Shown one piece after another: positions 29,853 to 40,069 of a DNA stretch of 64,000 nt. Origin of the DNA: a virus; IMG/VR virus record IMGVR_UViG_3300032241_002567, positions 79,837 through 143,836 of that record. One strand, written 5' to 3'. The notes beneath the pieces are model-generated. The model was not told where the DNA came from and did no database searches. It saw only the letters and a list, made by a program, of their open reading frames with translations. Positions within the stretch are counted from its first letter, which is position 1. Each line of letters opens with the position of its first letter. Made by a program: the position numbers and the translations under genes.

Positions 29853-30154
29853 GATTTTTAGCACCACTTTTTATATGGATGAAATATTACCATATAACAA
29901 AAAATAGAGATATTTATAAAGGAGATATTTTCAATTTACCAAAATTATCTACTTTATTTTATATTACCAGATTATTATATCCTATTTGGTTAATAATTGG
30001 TTTATTCACAGGAAAAATAATATTTATTTTATTAGCTATATTAGGTTTAATAAAATATTTTATTTATCCTGTGATAAAAGGTAAACCATATAGAATATAT
30101 GAATTAATAGAATCGGTTATTTGTTGCACTTTATATATAATATTATTATTTTAA
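29849..30154 (+). CDS. Small membrane protein
   Basis: Several hydrophobic segments; ATGA overlap. Confidence 0.6.
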   Translation: MRFLAPLFIWMKYYHITKNRDIYKGDIFNLPKLSTLFYITRLLYPIWLIIGLFTGKIIFILLAILGLIKYFIYPVIKGKPYRIYELIESVICCTLYIILLF

Positions 30155-30155
30155 T

Positions 30156-30410
30156 ATGTCTTTACCAAATTATAGTAAATGCTGTCAAAAGGTACAAGTT
30201 GTTTGCATAAATAACGATAATAAACCTTCCATTTTAACTGTTGGTAAAATATATGATGCAATTGATATGGAAACACAAACACATGTTACTAAATCAAAGG
30301 AATATAATTTAACTTCAGATGACGGATTCAGAGATAATCATTCAAAACATTTGTTTATAACATTATCTGAATTTAGAGAAGAAAGAATAAATAAAATTTT
30401 AGAAGATTAA
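30156..30410 (+). CDS. Hypothetical protein with C-terminal FREERINKILED motif
   Basis: ORF track; tail shared with 49742..50215. Confidence 0.6.
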   Translation: MSLPNYSKCCQKVQVVCINNDNKPSILTVGKIYDAIDMETQTHVTKSKEYNLTSDDGFRDNHSKHLFITLSEFREERINKILED

Positions 30411-30928
30411 CTTTTCTTCTTCCCAGGATTTAAATATCTATCAGTTATTATGGTAAATTCAAATCCTTTCTTTTTACACCATTCAATGCAATATTTCCAC
30501 TTATCTAAATTTTTCGAATATTCTTTTAGAGAATATTCGAAATTTTTTAATTGTTTTGCAGTTGGATTTGCTTGTAATTTTGGTGGTTGAGTTTCATGTT
30601 CTGGTTTTATTTCAGCTACAACTTTTGCGATTGAGCCATCAGCTTTTTTTATTTCATAATAAAAATCCGGAAAGTAAGTATGCTCTGTTAAAGTCATTTC
30701 TAATAACTTATTATTCCAAGCATTTTTAGTATATGGTATTTTTATAAGTTCAGTATTCCAATAAATAATATTTTCATTATTATCTAAATAAATCATAAAT
30801 TTTTGTTCAAGACTTGAACGATAAAATAATCCACCCTGATTATTTAATTTAATACATTTATTTTTATTTTTAGGAATAAATAACCCTTGCTTATATTTAC
30901 TAGATTTGTTTGGGGCTGAATTTAACAT
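30407..30928 (-). CDS. Head completion nuclease (T4 gp4-like, TnsA-type fold)
   Basis: YKQG-F-PKN, YRSSLE, YFPDF, EIKP, KW-C-KKGFEF. Confidence 0.85.
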   Translation of the reverse strand: MLNSAPNKSSKYKQGLFIPKNKNKCIKLNNQGGLFYRSSLEQKFMIYLDNNENIIYWNTELIKIPYTKNAWNNKLLEMTLTEHTYFPDFYYEIKKADGSIAKVVAEIKPEHETQPPKLQANPTAKQLKNFEYSLKEYSKNLDKWKYCIEWCKKKGFEFTIITDRYLNPGKKKS

Positions 30929-30970
30929 ATTATAAAATTAATTTCCGATATATATTAAATATATAATACT

Positions 30971-31651
30971 ATGGGAGATTTAATCAAAATAGTTAAGCAT
31001 GAATATCCTAATTTAGCAGAGAGCTATAAAGAAAATACTATGTTTTTTTATGATGCTTATCAAAAAAATTCTGCAGATGTAACTAATATAAATGTTGGTA
31101 AAATGCAATTAGGAGCATTTTATTTCCTTCAATATCAAGATGATTCAAATTGGATGCAATACTCACCAATTTTTACAGTAGATTTTAGAAAATTTGGTGA
31201 TATGATTATAATTCTCGCTGTCAATTTAAATTTTATACCTTTACAAGTCAGAGTTACAATTTTTGATAAATATATCACCGAAAAAGATTTAGAATCTAAT
31301 ACTTTATTTGATACGAATTATGAAAGTGTTTATAAATCATTTTTACAATATGGTTACGAATATGCAATAGTTGAATATAATATGAAACAAATTAAATTCG
31401 TACATAAAATTAAAAATTCTTTAATTCCAAAATTTTTATATTCTGGATTTCCAAAGAACAAATATGACCCAATAAAACTATATAGCATTTGGAAAACAAA
31501 ACTCAAAACCAGAGATAAAAGACATCAAGAAATGATGAACGCAGATATAAAAGATTTTTATGATACAGAGAATGAAATATTAAACGATTATAAAGCGCTG
31601 GAAAGCCATATTGATAGAATAAGAAAAAGTTATGGAAAATATGGAAAATAA
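30971..31651 (+). CDS. DNA end protector-like protein (T4 gp2-like)
   Basis: G-FYF-Y, SPIF, AVNLNFIP-R pattern; divergent from gp4. Confidence 0.55.
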   Translation: MGDLIKIVKHEYPNLAESYKENTMFFYDAYQKNSADVTNINVGKMQLGAFYFLQYQDDSNWMQYSPIFTVDFRKFGDMIIILAVNLNFIPLQVRVTIFDKYITEKDLESNTLFDTNYESVYKSFLQYGYEYAIVEYNMKQIKFVHKIKNSLIPKFLYSGFPKNKYDPIKLYSIWKTKLKTRDKRHQEMMNADIKDFYDTENEILNDYKALESHIDRIRKSYGKYGK

Positions 31652-32582
31652 TATTTTTGGATTAAATACTAATTTAGATGATTCAGAATTAGTTTTAATA
31701 TCAGTGCCTTGGGAAACAACAGTTTCTTACAGAAAAGGCACATCTAATGGGCCTAAATTTATTCTACAAGCTTCACCACAAGTAGACATGTTTGATCCAG
31801 ATTTTCACAATTCTAATAATAGTTTTTATATGCTTCCTATAAATGAAGATATGAGATTATTTTCGTTGGAATTACAAAATTTTACAGAGACAAATAAAAA
31901 TATAGTAAATGAAGGTTGTCAAAAAATGGTTAATTGGGTGTATGAAGAAACAAAAAAATATTTACCACTAAAAAAAATTGGATTAATAGGTGGTGAACAC
32001 AGTATATCTTTGGGTTATATAAAGGCTCTGTCAGAATTACATAATTTTGGCATATTACAGATAGATTCTCATTGTGATTTAAGAAATTCTTATAATGGTT
32101 TAATATACTCTCACGCTTCTATTATGCATAATGTTTTAAAAATTAAAGAGGTTACTAAATTAGTTCAAGTTGGTATAAGAGATTATTCTAAATCTGAATT
32201 TGAAACGATTCAAAATTCCGATGGAAGAATTATTACTTTTTTTGATAATGATATAAAAGATACTATTTATAAAGGGGCAAATTGGCATTCAATATGTCAA
32301 GAAATAATAGATTGCCTTCCTTATAAAGTTTATATAAGTTTTGATATAGATGGTTTAGATCCAAAATTATGCCCTGATACCGGAACACCAGTTCCTGGTG
32401 GATTTGACATGTATCAAATTTTTTATTTATTAAAATTATTAAAAGAATCGGGTAAAAGAATTATTGGATTTGATTTAAATGAAGTTAGCAATGGAAATTA
32501 TTCGGATGATACGATCAATTCAATAACTGGTGCTCGTGTTTTATATAAATTATGCAATTTATTATGCAATTCAGACAAATAA
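31632..32582 (+). CDS. speB: Agmatinase (ureohydrolase family)
   Basis: GTSNGP, GGEHS, DSHCD, SHAS, GIRD, SFDIDGLDP-TGTPVPGG, GFDLNEV metal-binding motifs. Confidence 0.85.
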   Translation: MENMENNIFGLNTNLDDSELVLISVPWETTVSYRKGTSNGPKFILQASPQVDMFDPDFHNSNNSFYMLPINEDMRLFSLELQNFTETNKNIVNEGCQKMVNWVYEETKKYLPLKKIGLIGGEHSISLGYIKALSELHNFGILQIDSHCDLRNSYNGLIYSHASIMHNVLKIKEVTKLVQVGIRDYSKSEFETIQNSDGRIITFFDNDIKDTIYKGANWHSICQEIIDCLPYKVYISFDIDGLDPKLCPDTGTPVPGGFDMYQIFYLLKLLKESGKRIIGFDLNEVSNGNYSDDTINSITGARVLYKLCNLLCNSDK

Positions 32583-32974
32583 AATTAGAAGATATAGATT
32601 ATATAATTGAAATTTTTAAACAAAAATCTTTACTTTGTGCAGATGGAAAATATGTTAGTAAAGATTGGATAGAATGTTTTATTAACAACGGATTTGCATT
32701 TTGTTTAGAAGAACAAAATGAGATAAAATCTGCTCTAATTGCAGAAACTATTTTAATGAATGGTGTTTTATTATGGATGATTGCTGTTAAAGAAGAATTG
32801 AAGGGACAAGGTTATGGGCAAAAACTTTTAACTTTTTTTGAATGTCAAATGAAAGAATCAGGAAAAAAATGGATTTTTCTTAATTCTACTCCTGATTCTA
32901 AATCATTTTACAGAAAAAATGGCTTCTCCACTACTGATTTTAGTTTAGTATTTGAACATATTAAAGAATTGTAG
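32552..32974 (+). CDS. GNAT N-acetyltransferase
   Basis: IAV-EELKGQGYGQKLL, FYRKNGF. Confidence 0.85.
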   Translation: MQFIMQFRQIKLEDIDYIIEIFKQKSLLCADGKYVSKDWIECFINNGFAFCLEEQNEIKSALIAETILMNGVLLWMIAVKEELKGQGYGQKLLTFFECQMKESGKKWIFLNSTPDSKSFYRKNGFSTTDFSLVFEHIKEL

Positions 32975-34229
32975 TTTTACTTATCGGTCTTTCGAAAGAT
33001 TTTACACTTATACCATTTTTGATTGCAGTTAAAATTCCAGCAGCTTCAAAATAATTATTGGCTCTAAAAAAATGTCCAAATTTCCAAGGAAGTTTGTCTA
33101 AATCATTTTTCATCATATTTCTATTGTCATTGATAGCAATAACAATTATATCCTGTTCTAACGCCGCTAAAAGCGGTAATCCTATGCATCTATCCGGAGT
33201 AATTAAAACATGTATATCTCTATTAGTAAATATTCCAGGTTCTATAATATAATCAACTATTTTTGGAGCTTTATGCATACCTTTTATAGTGCAAAATAAT
33301 TCAGTTTTAGACATTACTTCCGGAGATTTAACCGGGTCTACAACTTTATTACCTTGAAATTGAAATATATCATTATTATCAAATAACATAGGTGAGTGTG
33401 CTACATTTACTTTTAATAATTTGGAAAGTGAGTGTGTAATTATACTTTCAATTCCACCCCAAGGATTTACATCTATTTTATTTTCAAAATAAGCAACTGT
33501 TATATCATATTCACCATCTATTTTTGTATGTAAAATAAAAGAATCGTATTCTTTAATATATTTCTTCATAACATTAATTAAACGTTCAAAATATTCAATA
33601 GAACCTACTGCTATGCTATTATCATTATAAAATGATTTATATTCTGGTATATCTTCTAATCTCAAAACATCAATCTCACAACCTAATGTAACTCTTGCAG
33701 ATGATGCTGCATTTACTGCTAATGCTTCCACCTCTTTATCATTTTTATCATATAGCATTAAAATTCTATTAGATAAAACAGGTTGTAATCCTATATTTCC
33801 TAATATAAAATCATTTAAAACACTACCTTCTAAATAATAAGTATTAGATGTCATTTCATTTATATCAGCAGCATTTACAACATTAGGATGTGTAAATAAA
33901 TTATCAACTACATTTCCTATTAATCTTGCAGCAACATTTCCATCCCCAGAATCTCCACCAATTTCTGAACCTATCCCAGTAGGAATTATCATCATTGCGT
34001 TAAAATTTAAATTATTTGTTGTTTTTCTTGGATTAAATTTGAATATATTATTAGGAACGATATTGTCTATATTTTGTATCTCGGCATATTCACATTCTAT
34101 ATTTGAATAGTTATTTACTATAGCAAATCTTGTAACGAATTTATTTTCATATAATTCTTTAAGTTTTTGGATATTACCTCTTTTTTGCAGAGTAAAATCA
34201 AAAATTGATTGGTTTTGGATAATGTTCAT
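32961..34229 (-). CDS. DUF3326-family protein
   Basis: IIPTGIGSEIGGDSGDG, THPNVVNAADI, EGS-L, VNPWGGIESIITH, AHSP, G-HKAP, NYFEAAG. Confidence 0.8.
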   Translation of the reverse strand: MNIIQNQSIFDFTLQKRGNIQKLKELYENKFVTRFAIVNNYSNIECEYAEIQNIDNIVPNNIFKFNPRKTTNNLNFNAMMIIPTGIGSEIGGDSGDGNVAARLIGNVVDNLFTHPNVVNAADINEMTSNTYYLEGSVLNDFILGNIGLQPVLSNRILMLYDKNDKEVEALAVNAASSARVTLGCEIDVLRLEDIPEYKSFYNDNSIAVGSIEYFERLINVMKKYIKEYDSFILHTKIDGEYDITVAYFENKIDVNPWGGIESIITHSLSKLLKVNVAHSPMLFDNNDIFQFQGNKVVDPVKSPEVMSKTELFCTIKGMHKAPKIVDYIIEPGIFTNRDIHVLITPDRCIGLPLLAALEQDIIVIAINDNRNMMKNDLDKLPWKFGHFFRANNYFEAAGILTAIKNGISVKSFERPISKTTIL

Positions 34230-34270
34230 TTGTTACGAATTTTTTTAATATATATAAAAAAATTGTTATT

Positions 34271-35131
34271 ATGTTGTTAAATTACGAAGACCATAAAAAT
34301 CTTAAAGATATTGAAAAATTACTCAAAAAACCAGTTAATGGCGGAAAAGATAATGAAAGAAGTATTTTAAATAAATTAAAATCTTTAAGATATAAAGAGT
34401 TAGATAATAAAATAATTACTAAAATATTAAATCATTTTGTCGAATCTGACGAAGATTTTATAAATGATCCAAAATGGGGTCTCAATGCTGAATATACATT
34501 TGATGCAAGTAAATTTTTAATTAATTTAAAAAAATCTAAATTATCTTTTATGGATTTTTTTACAAGGAAATTAAATCAAAAATTGCATATTCAAATCGGT
34601 GAAAATGCTAAAAAATGTAATATGATTATACCTAATGAGTGCTATATAGAATCAATAGGTAATTTTAATAAGGAAGGCAGACCTGAAAATAAAATTTTAA
34701 GATTAAAAAAATCTTCTGGTAAATACGCCACAGAAGATTTGAAAAAACTTAATATTGATGTAGAAGGTTATAATTATATAAATATGAAACTTTTAGTTAC
34801 ATTTTATCATAGAATTCATTGTCCAATATCTGGTAAAATAACTCAAATGATTCCTATTGAAGGTAAAGATGATTTTTTTGGTAAAAATACACTATGGATT
34901 ATTAAATTTGAAACTGAAAAGAGTCCAGTTTATTTAATGCTTGTTGGAGAATCTACTATACAGGATTTTGATTTTCTAAAGGAAAAAGAAGATAATGTAA
35001 ATATTTATGATTATTTAGGATATTTTAATTGGGGTTCACAAACGGTTATATTATATAATCCGAAAGATTTTTCTGAGTTAGAAATAGAAGCTAAGAAAAA
35101 ATACTTTGTGGGAGATTGTATATTTAAATAG
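34271..35131 (+). CDS. Divergent phosphatidylserine-decarboxylase-like (pyruvoyl) enzyme
   Basis: SFMDFFTRKL, YHRIHCPISG, LVGE, GYFNWGSQTVIL (G-S autocleavage site). Confidence 0.7.
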   Translation: MLLNYEDHKNLKDIEKLLKKPVNGGKDNERSILNKLKSLRYKELDNKIITKILNHFVESDEDFINDPKWGLNAEYTFDASKFLINLKKSKLSFMDFFTRKLNQKLHIQIGENAKKCNMIIPNECYIESIGNFNKEGRPENKILRLKKSSGKYATEDLKKLNIDVEGYNYINMKLLVTFYHRIHCPISGKITQMIPIEGKDDFFGKNTLWIIKFETEKSPVYLMLVGESTIQDFDFLKEKEDNVNIYDYLGYFNWGSQTVILYNPKDFSELEIEAKKKYFVGDCIFK

Positions 35132-35185
35132 GAAGATTATAACTTTAGATATATAATTAAAAATAATTAAAAATAATTAAAATTT

Positions 35186-36970
35186 ATGGCTAGTTATAAT
35201 CCAATAAATCAAGGTCAAGGCAATGTTAATATTGCATCTATGGCTGGTGAAAATAAAGGTATATTTAATAGATTACTTAGAAACTTGTCTAACTTTGGAA
35301 TGAAGTATGATGATATGATAATAAGAAACACAGTGGGTATATCAATGAACGAGGACCCATTATCACAGAAAAATAATTCTATGTATGATTTTTTTAGTCA
35401 GAGAGCAATTGCACAAGTTTTAAACAAAAAAGCAATACCATACTTAGATAAATCTTATTCAGATAAAAGAAGAATTCTTAGAGAATATTCTATTAAGGAT
35501 GAAATTAGAGATTATATCTCAATAATATCTGATGAAGCAATCATTTTTAACGGACAAGACTTTTGTTCCCCAGTTCCTCTATCAAATAGTTATTCTAGTG
35601 AAATAAGAAATAAATATCAAGAATTTTTTGAAAAAATCTATAATAGGTATAGTTTTTCTGATACAATTACAGCATGGAATTTAATGAAAGATTTTTTAAT
35701 TGATGGTTTTATAGCTTTCGAAATTGTATGGGACGATAAAAAACAAAATATTATTTCTTTTAACAGATTAAGACCTGATACATTGGTTCCTTCTTATGAG
35801 CCAACTATTGGAAATTTATGGATACAATATCCAGAAGATCCGCAATTAAGAAGAATATTCTTAGATTCTCAATTAATTTTAATTTCTTACACAACACAGA
35901 ATGATTTTTCCGAAACTTCCTATGTCGAAGGTTTAATTAAACCTTATAATCAATTAAAGATAATTGAGCAAACTAGAATAATGTATAATATTATTAATGC
36001 AACAGTTTATCAAAAATTTACAATACCAACTAAAGGTTTATCGAGACAAAAAGCTGAAGAGCAAATTGGACAATTAATAGCTAATTATTCTGAACATGTT
36101 GAATGGGACGATTCATTAGGCACATTATTAATAAATGGTAGTAAACATTTACCTTACAATAAACAACTTTGGTTTCCTGATGGCGATCAAGGAACTCCAC
36201 AATTTGAGTTGGTTTCTCCTACCGGTAATGATTTAAATGAAGAAGGTGTTTTAAAATATTTTGCTAATAATTTAAAAAGAGCCTCAAAGATTCCTATGCC
36301 ACGATTTGATTTTGCAGCAGGTGGTGGAAATATTTTTACTTTAGATGCAGCTGACGTAAATGTAGAAGAAAATAAATTTGCTAATTTTATTAATAGGTTA
36401 AGAGCTAATTTTAAAGAATTAATTACAAAACCTTTAAAATTACAAATGTGTATGGAATTTCCTGAATTAAAAGATGATGAAGTATTTTTAAACAATATAG
36501 ATATAGCTTTTAGTTCAAATCAAACTATAGAAGAATGGAAAAGAATTAAAACTTATACAAAAAAAATAGAAGCAGCAACGAATGTTCAGAATCTTAAAAA
36601 AGAAGATGGAACTTCCTATTTTCATATTGATTTTATTGTTAATAATATTTTAAAATTAACACAACAAGAAATAGAAGAAAATCAAGCTTATTGGATTAAA
36701 TCTAAAAGCACTGGTGTAGCAGTTCCTGGAACACAAGGAGCAGCCCCCGGTAGCGAATTAGGTGGAATTCCTGGTGGTGAATTAGGTGGATCTCCTGGTG
36801 GTGAATTAGGTGGATCTCCTGGTGGCGAATTAGGTGGGACAACTCCGCAAGGTGGACAATCTGGTGCAGAAACCACACCATCTGAAGGTGGCCAATCAGG
36901 AGCACAAACTAAACCACCAGCACAAGGCGGTGCACAAGCGGGAGGAGGAACCCCAGAATTTGAATTCTAA
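35186..36970 (+). CDS. Portal protein (T4 gp20-like)
   Basis: FLIDG, SYVEGLIKPYNQLKIIE, YFANNLKRASKIPMPRF, ENKFANFINRLR. Confidence 0.88.
   Translation: MASYNPINQGQGNVNIASMAGENKGIFNRLLRNLSNFGMKYDDMIIRNTVGISMNEDPLSQKNNSMYDFFSQRAIAQVLNKKAIPYLDKSYSDKRRILREYSIKDEIRDYISIISDEAIIFNGQDFCSPVPLSNSYSSEIRNKYQEFFEKIYNRYSFSDTITAWNLMKDFLIDGFIAFEIVWDDKKQNIISFNRLRPDTLVPSYEPTIGNLWIQYPEDPQLRRIFLDSQLILISYTTQNDFSETSYVEGLIKPYNQLKIIEQTRIMYNIINATVYQKFTIPTKGLSRQKAEEQIGQLIANYSEHVEWDDSLGTLLINGSKHLPYNKQLWFPDGDQGTPQFELVSPTGNDLNEEGVLKYFANNLKRASKIPMPRFDFAAGGGNIFTLDAADVNVEENKFANFINRLRANFKELITKPLKLQMCMEFPELKDDEVFLNNIDIAFSSNQTIEEWKRIKTYTKKIEAATNVQNLKKEDGTSYFHIDFIVNNILKLTQQEIEENQAYWIKSKSTGVAVPGTQGAAPGSELGGIPGGELGGSPGGELGGSPGGELGGTTPQGGQSGAETTPSEGGQSGAQTKPPAQGGAQAGGGTPEFEF
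36746..36838 (+). repeat. Four 24-nt coding repeats (PGGELGG[S/I]) in portal C-terminal tail
   Basis: cctggtggtgaattaggtggatct units. Confidence 0.9.
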
Positions 36971-37033
36971 AAGATTGAATAAATTAAAAAACCTTAACTA
37001 AATGTTAAGGTTTTTTAATTTATTCAATCTTTT
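36969..37033. terminator. 30-bp perfect stem, bidirectional terminator
   Basis: aaaagattgaataaattaaaaaaccttaac-taaat-gttaaggttttttaatttattcaatctttt. Confidence 0.88.
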
Positions 37034-37403
37034 TCTTTTTCGGATTATCTACACCATATTTTTCAATTAAAGTATTTTGTATTTTATCTTTAATTTCTTG
37101 ATTTTGTATAGGGTAATCAACACCATAATTTTTATTTAATGATCTTCTTCTTTTGTGTTCTGAGCATTTCCTGCAATTATATTCTCCCCAATTATTATCA
37201 TATTTTATATAATTTTTATACATTACTTCTTTTTCTTTACCACAAAAATCACATTTACACAAAATTTTATAATGACTTCCAGTAGATAATAAACCTGGTG
37301 GTATAACTATTGTATCACCTATACTAACACTATATCCACATTCTTCATAATGTTCATAATTAGATTCACTTATTTTTACAGTGACTTCTTTTGTAAGTAT
37401 CAT
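37020..37403 (-). CDS. Zn-ribbon/YG-repeat protein matching the N-terminal part of the Hef-like endonuclease, no nuclease domain
   Basis: CKCDFCG..CRKC..NYGVDYPIQ..KYGVDNP parallels 26381..28234. Confidence 0.7.
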   Translation of the reverse strand: MILTKEVTVKISESNYEHYEECGYSVSIGDTIVIPPGLLSTGSHYKILCKCDFCGKEKEVMYKNYIKYDNNWGEYNCRKCSEHKRRRSLNKNYGVDYPIQNQEIKDKIQNTLIEKYGVDNPKKKKIE

Positions 37404-37425
37404 TTTAAATATTTATTTTTATATA

Positions 37426-37770
37426 TTATAATACCACACCTCGACTTATATTATTTATAGGATAAATATTTAAACCTAAATTATTTCCATCAATAAAAAA
37501 TTCTTTTAGATAGGAACTATTCTCACCTAAACTATTTATTATACTTTTCATATGATTACCTATTTTTGTATCAACAAACTCAATTATTGCCCACATTTCT
37601 TCATTAATAATGATTAATTCTTTTACTTTATGAGATACATCATTTAAACGATTAAATCTGTAGTTATGAATTTCATCTTGACAACCAGTTAATTTATCAT
37701 CTTTTATTTTTTCTAAAAAATATTTGAGATGTTCATCTTCTATTATTGGAAAAATTTTAATTTTATACAT
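37426..37770 (-). CDS. Truncated prohead-protease (gp21)-like paralog
   Basis: RLNDVSHKVKEL...EFVDTKIG...ISRG resembles gp21 LDRVSH...LDTPxG...SSRG. Confidence 0.5.
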   Translation of the reverse strand: MYKIKIFPIIEDEHLKYFLEKIKDDKLTGCQDEIHNYRFNRLNDVSHKVKELIIINEEMWAIIEFVDTKIGNHMKSIINSLGENSSYLKEFFIDGNNLGLNIYPINNISRGVVL

Positions 37771-37927
37771 ATAAATTTTATATTGAATATTTAAATAAGT
37801 TTATAAAAAATCCACATAATTTCATTATTTATTGATATTTGCAATAATGGCGACTATAAACAATCCGTCGTTTTTAAATTAGATATAAACCAAGTGATAT
37901 ATATACTATAAAAATAAATTATAACAA

Positions 37928-40069
37928 ATGAAACCAGTAATGATTATTGAAAACAATAATAATCCATTAAGTTTAAACGAAGATGTTTTTAATTCTGGTG
38001 GTAAAAAGTCTTATTTACTTGGTGGTATATTCACGGAATTCGATATTAAAAATCGCAATGAAAGAGTTTATACTGCTCCTAAATTTTTACCATGTCTAGA
38101 AGAATTAAATAATAGAATCTCTAATATGGGTGTATATGGAGAATTTGACCATCCAGATGTATTTGATACTTCTTTACAAAGAGCTTCACATATAGTTAAA
38201 GAAGCTACTTTTAATAGAGAGGCGAATAGAGTTGAAGGTAAAATTCAACTGTTATCGACATTCTGGGGAAAGGAAGCAAGAGCATTGGTAGAAGATCAAT
38301 GCCCTATTTTCGTTTCTTCAAGAGCCGCTGGTGTAACCGAAAATGATGGAACTGTTACACTTAAAAAATTATTCACTTATGATATAGTCGCTGATCCTGG
38401 ATTTGGCTCAGCTAAAATGAATTCTATAAATGAATCTTTAAAATTACCAACAAATACTAACTATAGGATATACGAAATGTCCGATGAGTCAAAAATTAAC
38501 GATATATTCAATATGAACAACAATGATTTTGTTACAAGAGAACAACTATCAAGCTATTCAGATTTCTTAATCAAAGAGATTAATAAAACTAAGAAATCAG
38601 TAAATGAAGCTTTAAAGAAAGGTAATATAGAACCTAAAAAATTAGAACAACTTATGGAATACCAAGAAGTTTTAAATCAAACTAATGCTCAAATGGTTAA
38701 GTACTTAGATTATTTAGCTGAAACAGTTCAAGTAGTAGTTAATGAAAATAAAAGTTTAAAAGAAACTGCGGATAAACTTATCGCACATAATGATTATTTA
38801 ACTGAAAATCTTGAAAAAAATATAAACTATGTTGAATATTTAGCTGAGAATGTTGATAAATCAATTGGATATCAAGAATATTTAGCTGAGAATTTAGACA
38901 AAGCTATTGGATATCAAGAATATTTAGCTGAAAATTTGGATAAATCAATTGGTTATCAAGAGTATATTGCTGAAAATTTGGATAAAGCAATTGCTTATGG
39001 TGAATATATTGCTGAAAATTTAGACAAATCTATTGCTTATGGCGAATATATTGCTGAAAATGTTGATAATGCTATTGCGTATTCTGAATATTTAGCGGAA
39101 CATGTTGAAGGAAATATTGCATATTCTGAATATATAGCAGAACATTTAGATGATAATATCGCATATGGTGAATATATTGCTGAGAATCTTGATAAAGCTA
39201 TTTCATATTCAGGTATGATTTCTGAAAAATTAAATGGTAATAAAGTTAATGAATCTACAACAATTATACCAACTCTTGAGGAATGGGGATTTGAAAATGA
39301 AATCACAGAAGAAGAACCTATTGCAGCCGAAATTGAAGAAGTAATAGAAGAAATACCATCAGAAGAAACATCATCAGAAGAAATTACTTCGGATGAAATT
39401 GAAACTAATATAGTTTCAGAAGTTCCTAGTGAAGAAATTATTACTGAAATACCTTCAGAAGAAGATACTGTAGTTTTTGAAATTCCATCTTCTGAATTTA
39501 CAAGTGAAATTCCAAGTGAAATATCAATAGAAACTCCTACATTTACTGGCGAATCTGATACTGAATTATCTTTGCAGATAGATAATTTAATTGCTGAAGC
39601 TAAGAAAAGAAAAGTAGTTGAATCAAATGATTTACATTTCTTGAAATTTTTAAATAAAGCGCAAATTGATAGTTATTACAGTTTAACTAATGAGGAACAA
39701 GAAGTTGTTAAATTACACATTAACGGTAAATCTTATTTTAATAATACCGATGTTTTAAAATTAGTACAAGAAGCTTTATCTGTAAAAGCAGAGACTATGG
39801 AAGAAAAAATTGTAAGATTAATTCCAGAATCATTAAAAAATTCTTGGGAAACTTTGAATGAAAGTGCAAAGAAATCTATTTTATCACAAGCTAAATTAGG
39901 TTATGATTTAACTACGGAATCATCAATTGAACACTTCTGGTATACTAGAAATTTAAAGAAAAATGAATCTACCAAGACATTGGTAAATCATGATTCTTTA
40001 ATTCAAGAAGATAAACTTTCTGAGAAAGATGTAAATGCAATTTTAGAAAGAATTAAAAGTTTGAAATAA
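37928..40069 (+). CDS. Prohead protease (gp21-like) fused to repeat/scaffold domain
   Basis: NRNERVY, GEFDHP, ASH, VSSRAAG, YDIVADPG; then coiled coil, 14-aa repeats, acidic linker; directly upstream of capsid. Confidence 0.9.
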   Translation: MKPVMIIENNNNPLSLNEDVFNSGGKKSYLLGGIFTEFDIKNRNERVYTAPKFLPCLEELNNRISNMGVYGEFDHPDVFDTSLQRASHIVKEATFNREANRVEGKIQLLSTFWGKEARALVEDQCPIFVSSRAAGVTENDGTVTLKKLFTYDIVADPGFGSAKMNSINESLKLPTNTNYRIYEMSDESKINDIFNMNNNDFVTREQLSSYSDFLIKEINKTKKSVNEALKKGNIEPKKLEQLMEYQEVLNQTNAQMVKYLDYLAETVQVVVNENKSLKETADKLIAHNDYLTENLEKNINYVEYLAENVDKSIGYQEYLAENLDKAIGYQEYLAENLDKSIGYQEYIAENLDKAIAYGEYIAENLDKSIAYGEYIAENVDNAIAYSEYLAEHVEGNIAYSEYIAEHLDDNIAYGEYIAENLDKAISYSGMISEKLNGNKVNESTTIIPTLEEWGFENEITEEEPIAAEIEEVIEEIPSEETSSEEITSDEIETNIVSEVPSEEIITEIPSEEDTVVFEIPSSEFTSEIPSEISIETPTFTGESDTELSLQIDNLIAEAKKRKVVESNDLHFLKFLNKAQIDSYYSLTNEEQEVVKLHINGKSYFNNTDVLKLVQEALSVKAETMEEKIVRLIPESLKNSWETLNESAKKSILSQAKLGYDLTTESSIEHFWYTRNLKKNESTKTLVNHDSLIQEDKLSEKDVNAILERIKSLK
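38786..39235 (+). repeat. About 10.5 tandem 42-nt (14-aa) repeats YxEY[LI]AENLDK[SA]I[GA]
   Basis: Directly visible in DNA and protein. Confidence 0.92.

Noticed and set aside
38786-39235. CRISPR-like array
   Set aside because: Repeats are contiguous in-frame coding units without spacers; no cas genes. The same applies to 36746-36838 and 17842-18018.
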